DNA of 64,000 bases from a bacterium (GTDB lineage: Bacteria; UBA10199; 2-02-FULL-44-16; JAAZCA01). The stretch is from NCBI GenBank assembly GCA_021810905.1, contig JAJZQH010000003.1, positions 1,897 through 65,896 on the forward strand, in the 5' to 3' direction. The translations under genes were made by a program, and so were the position numbers. Below the pieces are notes generated by a model. That model ran no database searches. It had not been told where the DNA came from and was given only the letters and a program-made list of their open reading frames with translations. Positions 9,653 to 17,712 of this stretch are shown here, one piece after another; position 1 is the first letter of the stretch, and every line of letters starts with the position of its first letter.

Positions 9653-10675
9653 TCAGCATAGTCTCGGAAGTTCAGCCCCCTGCAGCAACTGGACGATTTT
9701 TTCCTCCCCGCCTTCGCCGCACATCACGACGTGGCAATCATCACATTCTAACACTTTACCGATGACCGATGCGTGTTCCCCATATCGATGCCGACGGAGC
9801 GTTTCGACAATCCCCTTGCTCGCTCCGGAGGAAGCGAAGATGCAGACATTCCCTTCATTGGCGAGGTAGAGAGGATTTACGCCCAGCATGTCCGCGGCCA
9901 TAACGGTCTCATGCAGGATGGGAAGCCGCACCTGTTCGATGCGCACGCCGAACCCCCCTAGCTGCGAGATCTCGTTTAAGAGCGTTCCCAACCCGCCACG
10001 CGTGATATCGCGCATGCAATGAATACGATTCCCAAACTCTTTCAGCACACCCGCAATCATATCGTTGAGTGGAGCGCAGTCGCTTTGAATCCGCCGTTCG
10101 AACCCCAACCCTTCACGAATTGAAAGTATATGGATGCTGTGATTGCCGAGCTGTCCGGAGATGATGACATCGTCGCCTGGCCGAATGGACGATATCGAAA
10201 GATGTATATCATTAGGCTGAAAAATACCGATGCCGGATGTGTTGATAAAAATCTTGTCGACCTCGCCGCGTTTGACGACCTTCGTATCCCCGGCAACGAT
10301 ATACACTTCCGCCTCCAGTGCCGCGTCACGGATGGAATGCAGGATCTGTTCGAAATCCGAAAGCGGGAAGCCCTCCTCCAGGACGAAGGCGAGCGTCAGG
10401 TACAGCGGCTTGGCGCCGCTAACAGCCAGGTCGTTCACCGTGCCGCAAACGGCGAGCTTACCAATATTCCCGCCGTGAAAAAAAATCGGATCCAGAACAA
10501 AAGAATCGGTGGTGATAGCAATGCGATCGGCCTTCCACTCGAGTACGGTGCTGTCCTCCATCTGGCCTCGGTGGGTCTCACCGAGGCATCGCACGATGAC
10601 ATCTCTGATGAGATCCCCACTCAACTTGCCACCGGTTCCGTGATCGAGCACAATGCGATCTGACAGATAATTCAT
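9653..10675 (-). CDS. hypE: Hydrogenase maturation protein HypE (PurM-like carbamoyl dehydratase)
   Basis: N-terminal VLDHGTGGKLS. PurM-like fold. C-terminus ends ...GAELPRLC with the conserved terminal Cys that carries the thiocyanate in HypE. Track ORF begins at TTG 10693; ATG at 10675 preferred. Confidence 0.85.
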   Translation of the reverse strand: MNYLSDRIVLDHGTGGKLSGDLIRDVIVRCLGETHRGQMEDSTVLEWKADRIAITTDSFVLDPIFFHGGNIGKLAVCGTVNDLAVSGAKPLYLTLAFVLEEGFPLSDFEQILHSIRDAALEAEVYIVAGDTKVVKRGEVDKIFINTSGIGIFQPNDIHLSISSIRPGDDVIISGQLGNHSIHILSIREGLGFERRIQSDCAPLNDMIAGVLKEFGNRIHCMRDITRGGLGTLLNEISQLGGFGVRIEQVRLPILHETVMAADMLGVNPLYLANEGNVCIFASSGASKGIVETLRRHRYGEHASVIGKVLECDDCHVVMCGEGGEEKIVQLLQGAELPRLC

Positions 10676-10867
10676 TTCCAAGCCGCCTATCAATAAAAGA
10701 GCAACGATGGTGCCAAATTTCGCGAGTCACCGGCAAAGCCAGAGATTATACGGTCCGCACAAAATAAGCCCTTCGCAAACATAGTGAGCACAGTGTTACA
10801 CATGCAAAAAAAAAGCAAGGGCAATACAAATGAATTCATATCCCAAACCTTACAGGTCGAAAAGTTA

Positions 10868-10913
10868 ACCGCGCTCAAAAATGAGAGAACGGGAGGGGAC
10901 GTCCCGTTCTCTC
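10868..10913 (-). terminator. Rho-independent terminator hairpin (12-bp stem GAGAGAACGGGA/TCCCGTTCTCTC, 7-nt loop) followed by U-run on - strand
   Basis: Perfect inverted repeat 10883-10894/10902-10913. A-run 10876-10880 on + strand gives a U-tract downstream on the - strand. Lies 3' of small ORF 10935..11228 and upstream of hypE. Confidence 0.5.
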
Positions 10914-10934
10914 AGGTTGAACTGCTTCGAAAAC

Positions 10935-11228
10935 CTATGCCTCTTTAGGCGATCTGTGATAGCGATTCTTACGCTTGCCATCGCGTTGATTGAGCTCATG
11001 ATATATGAAAGTGGACAACGTCTTGATGACTCTCTCTTCCAGGGGGAGGAGATTCTCTCGCGCCAGCTCTCTCTTCCACCTCTTCGATATGCCGCGAAGA
11101 AAGAGGACGATGCGCTCCACCGTGCGGCCGTCCAGGTGTCCGATGCGGACGTCGGCCTTCTGAATCCTGTTATGGTCAAATCTCAGAGGCCTGAAATCAG
11201 CATTCAAGCGCTTCAAGAACGCCTGCAT
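10935..11228 (-). CDS. Hypothetical small protein (97 aa)
   Basis: ORF between lysE-like gene and hypE on same strand. No recognisable motif. Followed by terminator hairpin. Confidence 0.3.
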   Translation of the reverse strand: MQAFLKRLNADFRPLRFDHNRIQKADVRIGHLDGRTVERIVLFLRGISKRWKRELARENLLPLEERVIKTLSTFIYHELNQRDGKRKNRYHRSPKEA

Positions 11229-11300
11229 GAGTCCTGATGCCTTATTCCTCCTGGTCTCATCTTTCGGTAGATGGAAATCGTCCAGGGGCTCGTCTTTCTT

Positions 11301-11939
11301 CTATCGGAAATAGGATGCGATCAACGAGGCTGCGATGAAGGCCATGATGCACCCGATGATGATATCCAGCCACCTCCATACGACGGCTCTCTTCAAGATG
11401 GAAGAGAGAAGGTGCGAGAAGAGCGCCAACGCGGAAAACCAGAGGAGTTCCGCCAGAAAAATGCCGAGGAGAAAGAAGGGCCTTTGAGGGAGAGATAATT
11501 GCCCGCCGACGCTGCCGATCAGGACGATGTTGTCCAACAGCGCATGCGGATTTAACCAGGAGAAGGCGAGAGTCGAGGCGACGATCTTTCCCAACGTAGG
11601 ACCGTTCGGCATGCCTCCGTTTGCGTTGAGGACTTTCGGTCTGATCGCCGACTTGAAGGAGAGGAATCCGTAATACAGGAGAAACAGGGCTCCTCCCCAA
11701 AGGGCGACGTTTTTCACCGTGGGCGAACGGGAAATGAAGAACCCCACGCCGTAGACCCCGGCCACGGCGAGGGAGACGTTCAGGATGATCGAGAGGGCGG
11801 CGATCGTCAGGACGTGTTGACGTTGCAGCCCCTGCCGCAGGACGAACGCATTCTGCGCGCCGATGGCAACGATGAGGCCGAGATTGAGGGCCAGTCCCTG
11901 GGAGAGAGGAGTGAGCGAGCAATCCATCAAGTTCATCAT
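11301..11939 (-). CDS. LysE/ArgO-family amino-acid exporter
   Basis: 212 aa. Six predicted TM helices. LysE-type translocator signature region LNLGLIVAIGAQNAFVLRQGL. Confidence 0.8.
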   Translation of the reverse strand: MMNLMDCSLTPLSQGLALNLGLIVAIGAQNAFVLRQGLQRQHVLTIAALSIILNVSLAVAGVYGVGFFISRSPTVKNVALWGGALFLLYYGFLSFKSAIRPKVLNANGGMPNGPTLGKIVASTLAFSWLNPHALLDNIVLIGSVGGQLSLPQRPFFLLGIFLAELLWFSALALFSHLLSSILKRAVVWRWLDIIIGCIMAFIAASLIASYFR

Positions 11940-11996
11940 AAGCGTATTTTCGAATTTTTCAATATCCGTTCCTTATGGTTCTACTACAATGAATCC

Positions 11997-12872
11997 ATGA
12001 GATACCTCTACGTGATTCTTCTGTTCGCTTTTCTGGTGGCTCCGCTCGCGTCCTGCGGTTCGAGTACGACAACGGTTTTTGATTTGAGAATGGCGCAGAC
12101 GCTGCAGCAATCGCTGGATCGCTCGGTGAGCGAGCTCAACATCCCGGGCGCGGTCATGGCGGTACGCGCGCCCGACGGGTCGATCTGGTCCGGCGCCAGC
12201 GGCTACGCAACGCTCCCCAACTCTGCTCAACCTTCCGGCGTGCGCATGACGACCGACATGCACCTGCGCATTGCCAGCATGATCAAGTCTTTCACTGCCA
12301 CGATGATCCTCCAGCTCGTGGACGAGGGGAAGCTCACGCTCGACGAGACGCTGGATCAGGTCATGGCGCAGTGGTTCGCGCCCGGCGTCATCGACTTCGC
12401 GATACCCTACAGCGACGCCATCACGATCAGGCACCTGCTCGAGATGCGCAGCGGCATGCCGAATTATTCCAATACGCCGGCCTTCTTAGCCCTGCTCGCG
12501 CAGCAGCCGCCGCAGCCGGTGGAAGCGAAGGAGCTCATCCGCATGAGCGTGCAGAGCGCCAATCCTGCTCCATATCCGCCGGACACTCGTATGGAATACT
12601 GCAACACCAACTACATCGTGCTCGGGATGATCGTCGAACAGGTCACGGGCAACCCCTACGCCGTTGAATGGCATCGTCGTCATCACCAACGGCGAACGGG
12701 GCGCACATCCAGAAGCCGGCCGTCACCCCGCACGCTCGATCTTCTGGAACGCGGTCCGGGACGCGGGCATTTATTTGCCATGAGAGCGCATGCGCCTGCT
12801 CAGCATTTTGAGCGAGCGCTTCAATTCGTCGCTGATCTCAACCGGATGAAGACCTGCTTCATTCCCGGATAG
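11997..12872 (+). CDS. Serine hydrolase, beta-lactamase/DD-peptidase-like lipoprotein (possible C-terminal frameshift)
   Basis: Track ORF 11814..12872 trimmed to ATG 11997 (MRYLYVILLFAFLVAPLASCGSS, lipobox LASC). SxxK motif SMIKSF. YxN motif YCNTNY. C-terminal 60 aa are R-rich and atypical. Confidence 0.6.
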   Translation: MRYLYVILLFAFLVAPLASCGSSTTTVFDLRMAQTLQQSLDRSVSELNIPGAVMAVRAPDGSIWSGASGYATLPNSAQPSGVRMTTDMHLRIASMIKSFTATMILQLVDEGKLTLDETLDQVMAQWFAPGVIDFAIPYSDAITIRHLLEMRSGMPNYSNTPAFLALLAQQPPQPVEAKELIRMSVQSANPAPYPPDTRMEYCNTNYIVLGMIVEQVTGNPYAVEWHRRHHQRRTGRTSRSRPSPRTLDLLERGPGRGHLFAMRAHAPAQHFERALQFVADLNRMKTCFIPG

Positions 12873-13805
12873 AGCACCTTGGAGGGCGAGAGCTTCATGC
12901 GCGCGCTGCCCGCGTAATCAACGAGCTTATATGCCATGTCCAGATGCGGGGCATCCGCGGACGTTGAAAACTTCGTGCCCACTCCGAATCCGTCGATCGG
13001 CGCGCCGCGGTCGAGCAATCTTTTGATCTCATATTCGTCGAGGCTGCTGGAGGCGAAGATCTTCACGTTTCTGAGGCCAGCGGCGTCAAGCCGTTCCCTC
13101 GCCGCCTTGGAGAGCGAGAGCAGATTGCCGGAGTCGAGCCGGATGGCATTGATGCGGAAACGTCGTCCGAGCCTTCGGCTCAGTTCGACCACCTTTTCCA
13201 CGCCGCCAATTGTGTCGTAGGTATCGACCAGGATCGTAGAGCCTGGATAGAGACGCGCGAATCGCTCAAAGGCTTCCAGTTCATCGTCGTGCGCCTGGAT
13301 GTAGCTGTGAGCCATGGTCCCGAAGAGCGGAATGCCGAAGATTTTTGACGCGAGCACGTTCGATGTACCGGCGAAACCAGCGAGATAGCCGCTCCTGGCG
13401 GCAAGCAACCCCGCCTCAATTCCGTGCGCGCGCCTCGATCCGAAATCTACGACCGCTCTGCCCAAAGCCGCGCGGACGATGCGCGAGGCCTTTGTGGCGA
13501 TCGCGCTCTGAAAATGGATCTGGTTATGGTGGCGCCGAGGATGAGATGGACCTCAAATCCTTCGCGCAGGCCGTCGAGAACGGTCTCGAATACGCAGACC
13601 TCGAGCACCAGCCCGCAGACCCATAGCCGAGCGACGCCAGCCTTGCGCAGATCAGCGGCGAGAGGGCATCACGTAAAAGCGGAATATTCCTCAATATCGC
13701 TCGCAGCGGCCTTGAGGAGGATCGTGGCGTCGTCAGGGAGATCGACGATGATGAGCGCGTCCGATGTGGCGTGAGTTCTGGAATGAGCCGAGTCATAAAG
13801 TTCAA
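12821..13805 (-). pseudogene. pncB: Nicotinate phosphoribosyltransferase (NAPRT, pncB-like) disrupted by frameshift
   Basis: C-terminal part ORF 12821..13465 has NAPRT motifs VVDFGSRRAHG and GTMAHSY. N-terminal continuation NQIHFQSAIATKASRIVRAAL is in the same frame but cut by TGA near 13540. Upstream NAPRT-like sequence continues in another frame. One missing A in the run around 13512-13516 would restore GATI-NQIHFQ. Confidence 0.55.
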
Positions 13806-13809
13806 TCAA

Positions 13810-14535
13810 TCACCTTGGCGTGAACTGCGAAAGATCGTAGATGCCGAGGCGCTTTTCGATCTCCACTACACGCCCCACTATCCTTTCAAAACCGTTCTCG
13901 CCAAAGAGCGCGTGTTCTTTGTCTTCGAATGCATCGCCCATCTGTTCGTATTCCTCTGCAGTTACTATCGTGCGCAGCGCTGGGAAGAGCACGGTGTCCT
14001 CGCGCGCCTCATGCGGACCATACATACGGATGAACTGATCGAGGGCCTGGGCCAAGGCGCGGCGATCTTGCGGCGCCTTCATCGCACGCGCGTCGGAAAG
14101 CTTGAGGGCAATGTCGGTAAGCTTGCGCCCGGCGCGATGCTGCGCGATCAACACGCCGACGAGATCCACGAGCTTGCCGGCCTTCAGAAATCGAGGGAAG
14201 AGGTGCTCTTCCTCTAGTCTCTCATGATAATCCTCTATGAATGAACGAATGATACCCGCGGCATCAGCGACTGCCGTGGGTTGAAGCTCCTCTCCGGCAT
14301 TGATACGGCGGATCGCCTCTCCGTAGATGAGCAGGATGCGCTTGAGCACTCCATGCTCCCTCATGAGATCCTCAGCCGGCGAGATTTCCTGCAAAGCGTT
14401 CGGACACGGCGATTGCTTCTGCTGGCCCGCCAGTTGCCGTGGCGACGCCGCGCAGACGGCCACTAGAAACGTTGCGCACATCGCCACTGCGGCCTGCACA
14501 AAGATCTTCCGACGTATTTTTTTCAGTCCGCGCAT
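13810..14535 (-). CDS. Secreted hemerythrin-like (HHE cation-binding domain) protein
   Basis: Signal peptide. Repeated H...E motifs: LMREHGVL, EDYHERLEEEHLFP, IAQHRAG, GPHEAREDTVLFP. Confidence 0.7.
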   Translation of the reverse strand: MRGLKKIRRKIFVQAAVAMCATFLVAVCAASPRQLAGQQKQSPCPNALQEISPAEDLMREHGVLKRILLIYGEAIRRINAGEELQPTAVADAAGIIRSFIEDYHERLEEEHLFPRFLKAGKLVDLVGVLIAQHRAGRKLTDIALKLSDARAMKAPQDRRALAQALDQFIRMYGPHEAREDTVLFPALRTIVTAEEYEQMGDAFEDKEHALFGENGFERIVGRVVEIEKRLGIYDLSQFTPR

Positions 14536-14671
14536 GGGATCGCTCCTTGCGAATGCTGATTATGACATGGCAATAATGAAAAATACCAGCTACATTTGTG
14601 AATCAACAAAAAACGATTGCACAGCTGCGCCGCGAGCGGCTAGTGCTGAACGCTCAAGAGGAGCAACATCC

Positions 14672-15838
14672 ATGGTCAAACTCGGCATTGAGAAACTCAT
14701 CGAAGATCCATCCATTCTCAAAGGGAAACGCACGGGGCTCGTGGGCAGCGCCACCAGCGTTGATCGCAATTTTCGATCCGCGGTCGATTTGCTCCACGAC
14801 CATCCCGGCGTCCGGCTCACGACTATCTTCGGCTGTCAGCAGGGATTCTGGGGCGAGACTCAGGACAACATGATCGAGTGGGAATCGTGCAGATATCCAA
14901 TCCACGATCTGCCGCTCTACAGCCTCTACGGCAAGGAGCGCAAGCCGACCGCGAAGATGCTCAAGGACGTGGACGCGCTGGTCTTTGACATCCAGGACGT
15001 GGGCACGAGGATCTACACCTTCATTTGGACGATGGCCAATTGCATGCAGGCATGCGCAGATCTCGGCAAGGAATTCGTCGTCTGCGACAGGCCGAATCCG
15101 ATAAACGGTGTTGCCGTGGAGGGCAACGTCTCGCAGGAGGAATTCGCATCGTTCGTAGCATTATACGCGCTGCCGCTGCGGCACGGGATGACCGTGGGCG
15201 AAATAGCGGAATACGTGAATGGAGAATTCAAGCCGGGCTGCAGGCTCACTGTTATGAAGATGGAAGGATGGAGGAGGGAACAGTGGCTCGATGAGACCGA
15301 CGCGCCGTGGGTAATTCCATCCGCGAACATGCCTACGCTTGAAACCGCGGTCGTTTATCCGGGCACGGTGATCTTCGAAGGGACGAATATCTCGGAGGGC
15401 CGCGGAACGACGAGGCCGTTCGAGTTCGTGGGCGCGCCGTTCATCGACGGATTCAAGCTCGCGGCAATGCTTGAAGGATACAAACTTTCCGGCGTGTTCT
15501 TCAGGCCGTGCTTCTTTTTGCCGACGTTCAGCAAATTCGCCGGTCAAAACTGCGGCGGCGTTCAGCTCCATGTTACCGACCGCGGCGCGTTCCTGCCCGT
15601 CAAGACGGCCCTCGCAATACTCAAGACGATCATGGACCTCTATCCCGGCGAATTCGCGTGGAAGGAGCCTCCTTACGAATACACGTTCGACAAATTGCCC
15701 ATCGACATGATCTTCGGCTGCGATTGGATTAGAAAAGAACTGGAGAAAAAAGCCAGCGTTGAAACCATCCTCGACAGGGCGGAGATAGAGCTGAAAGACT
15801 TCATGCCGCGTAGAGAAAAATATCTGCTGTATCGATGA
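14672..15838 (+). CDS. DUF1343 family protein (NamZ-like exo-beta-N-acetylmuramidase family)
   Basis: Track ORF 14327..15838 trimmed to ATG 14672 (GAGGAG SD). Family-typical length and conserved blocks (VGSATSVD..., DIQDVGTRIYTF, FEGTNISEGRGTTRPFE). Confidence 0.65.
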   Translation: MVKLGIEKLIEDPSILKGKRTGLVGSATSVDRNFRSAVDLLHDHPGVRLTTIFGCQQGFWGETQDNMIEWESCRYPIHDLPLYSLYGKERKPTAKMLKDVDALVFDIQDVGTRIYTFIWTMANCMQACADLGKEFVVCDRPNPINGVAVEGNVSQEEFASFVALYALPLRHGMTVGEIAEYVNGEFKPGCRLTVMKMEGWRREQWLDETDAPWVIPSANMPTLETAVVYPGTVIFEGTNISEGRGTTRPFEFVGAPFIDGFKLAAMLEGYKLSGVFFRPCFFLPTFSKFAGQNCGGVQLHVTDRGAFLPVKTALAILKTIMDLYPGEFAWKEPPYEYTFDKLPIDMIFGCDWIRKELEKKASVETILDRAEIELKDFMPRREKYLLYR

Positions 15839-15873
15839 GGAACAACCTGCTCATCCCTGTTTCTAGATCAAAT

Positions 15874-15902
15874 GAAAAGGGCCGCGATCTGCGGCCCTTT
15901 TC
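15874..15902. terminator. Bidirectional rho-independent terminator between convergent DUF1343 and FKBP genes
   Basis: AAAAGGGCCGC-GATCT-GCGGCCCTTTT. 7-bp GC stem flanked by A-run and T-run. Confidence 0.6.
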
Positions 15903-15929
15903 TATCGCGATTCAGTTCTCGCGCTGAAT

Positions 15930-16340
15930 TTATTTCACGTCCAGTAACTCCACCTCGAAGATCAGATTCGCATTCGGCGGTATGGCGGAACCTGCGCCGC
16001 GCGCGCCATAGCCGAGGTTAGCGGGTATCATGAGCGTGCGCTTTCCGCCCACCTTCATTCCGGCAACGCCCTCATCCCAGCCCTTGATCACCATGCCCGC
16101 GCCGAGTGAAAATGAAAACGGCTTGCCATGATCGAGGGAACTGTCGAACTTCTTGCCCTTCTTGCCGTTCTCGTCGAGCCAGCCGGTGTAGTTGACGAAG
16201 ACTGTCTTTCCGGCCGTGGCCACGGTACCCGTGCCCACCTTCACGTCCTCATAAGAGAGGCCGCTCTTGGTCTTCGTGACGCCCGCAAAGCAGACTGCCG
16301 AGATCGCCATCAACGCCACCGTCATCATCGCGATTTTCAT
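15930..16340 (-). CDS. FKBP-type peptidyl-prolyl cis-trans isomerase (secreted)
   Basis: Track ORF trimmed to MKIAMMTVALMAIS (ATG 16340, GGGGGA SD). FKBP domain GKTVFVNYTGWLDENGKKGKKFDSS...PFSFSLGAGMVIKGWDEG...LIFEVELL. Confidence 0.8.
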   Translation of the reverse strand: MKIAMMTVALMAISAVCFAGVTKTKSGLSYEDVKVGTGTVATAGKTVFVNYTGWLDENGKKGKKFDSSLDHGKPFSFSLGAGMVIKGWDEGVAGMKVGGKRTLMIPANLGYGARGAGSAIPPNANLIFEVELLDVK

Positions 16341-16385
16341 TTGTCCCCCTTTTCTCAAGTTAAAGGAATTCATCATCACAGAGAG

Positions 16386-17618
16386 TCAGCATCCGACCGG
16401 ACATCCGCATACTCCCGGCACGCTCGTGCCTGGCACACTCGTGTCGGGCGGGCATTGCGAATTCGAGGTACAGACCCCGCCAGTGTCGCAGTAGCAGGTA
16501 CAGTCTGTTCCGCCGGTGTTGCCTCCTGTATTGCCGCCGCCCGTGTTTCCGCCTCCACTGCCCGTGGATGCGGGGCATGCCCCCCAGGTGCAACCTGTAC
16601 CGCACTGTTTTGTGCCATCAGGATAGCAGGGCATGTACGAGCCCGGCGTGCACTGATAATCGTTCGGGCACGTGGGAAGTATTGCACCAGGACTGACGAC
16701 GCCGCTCTGTTGTAACGAGCCTGGTGAGATGTAAGTGTTTGCCATAGTGACGAGCCCGCTGCCGTCGTTCATGACCTGGACGGCGCTGTCGAGCGTGTTG
16801 CTGGATACATCAAGCGCCGCGCTCACGCAGGACCCCGCATCTCCGAGCGTGCATTTAAAGACGTCGACTCCCGTAAGAATGCTTCCGGCGTCCCCGAGAT
16901 TTTCGAGCCACGTCTCGTCGCCCATCACCACAGTTGCAGTCGTCACGATGACGCCGGCGCACGGAAGCGCCATTGCGCCGAGGGAGACTGTCGTGGCTAC
17001 ACCGCAGGCGCCTACGGAAATGCCCAGCCCCGCAAACTTGAGCAGCTCCGCGAGGTTTTTGACGTCGGAGTCGCAGGCCGGGAAGCAGGTCGACTTGGTT
17101 GAAGCCGAACTGCTGCTGACGGCACTGGCGCCACCGGCGCCGGTAATTAAGTTCGAGGCTTCCGCGGGAACGCTAACCCTCCTGAACACTTCTACGTAAT
17201 CTGTCGGAACGTAGATCTTCGCGATATCGACCGTCCCCGCGCTCAGGTCCCAGTTGGAGAAGAGAAGGATGAAGTCGCCCATGACCGTCCTGTAAGGCAG
17301 CCCGTCGGCGCCAAAGAAAACCGCCACATTGCCGCCCGTGGCGTTGGTCCAGAGTGCGCCCACAATCTTCTCGGTGGTTCCGCTGGAACCGGGAATCGCA
17401 TTGCTCACCAGCGGGAGGAGCATCTCGCCGTCTTTGTTCACCATAATCGCGCCGAGCGAATCTTTGCTCTGCATCACGGCCGCGACCTCGGGCGTATTTT
17501 CGTTGCTGCCGCTCGTACTCCCAGCGCTCCCGCTTCCGCTCGTTCCGCTGCCTACCGATATGCATGAAACGACAGACGGAAGAAAGCAGAGCATCATCAT
17601 AACCAGTATTTTTCTCAT
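16386..17618 (-). CDS. Cys-rich secreted lipoprotein, unknown function (paralog of 52619..53983)
   Basis: Lipobox LPSVVSC. Gly/Ser/Thr-rich linker. C-terminal Cys-rich GGNTGG repeats. Shares near-identical core KSTCFPACDSD(V/A)KNLAELLKFAGLGISVGACGVATTVSLGAMALPCAGV with 52619..53983. Confidence 0.6.
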   Translation of the reverse strand: MRKILVMMMLCFLPSVVSCISVGSGTSGSGSAGSTSGSNENTPEVAAVMQSKDSLGAIMVNKDGEMLLPLVSNAIPGSSGTTEKIVGALWTNATGGNVAVFFGADGLPYRTVMGDFILLFSNWDLSAGTVDIAKIYVPTDYVEVFRRVSVPAEASNLITGAGGASAVSSSSASTKSTCFPACDSDVKNLAELLKFAGLGISVGACGVATTVSLGAMALPCAGVIVTTATVVMGDETWLENLGDAGSILTGVDVFKCTLGDAGSCVSAALDVSSNTLDSAVQVMNDGSGLVTMANTYISPGSLQQSGVVSPGAILPTCPNDYQCTPGSYMPCYPDGTKQCGTGCTWGACPASTGSGGGNTGGGNTGGNTGGTDCTCYCDTGGVCTSNSQCPPDTSVPGTSVPGVCGCPVGC

Positions 17619-17712
17619 AATCCCTCCTGCACGTTATGCGGCGCCAGATAGCTCATGTCGCAACCATTGTCTAGGTCTGCTTTCAACGGAATCGCAAAAA
17701 AAACGGCCCAAA

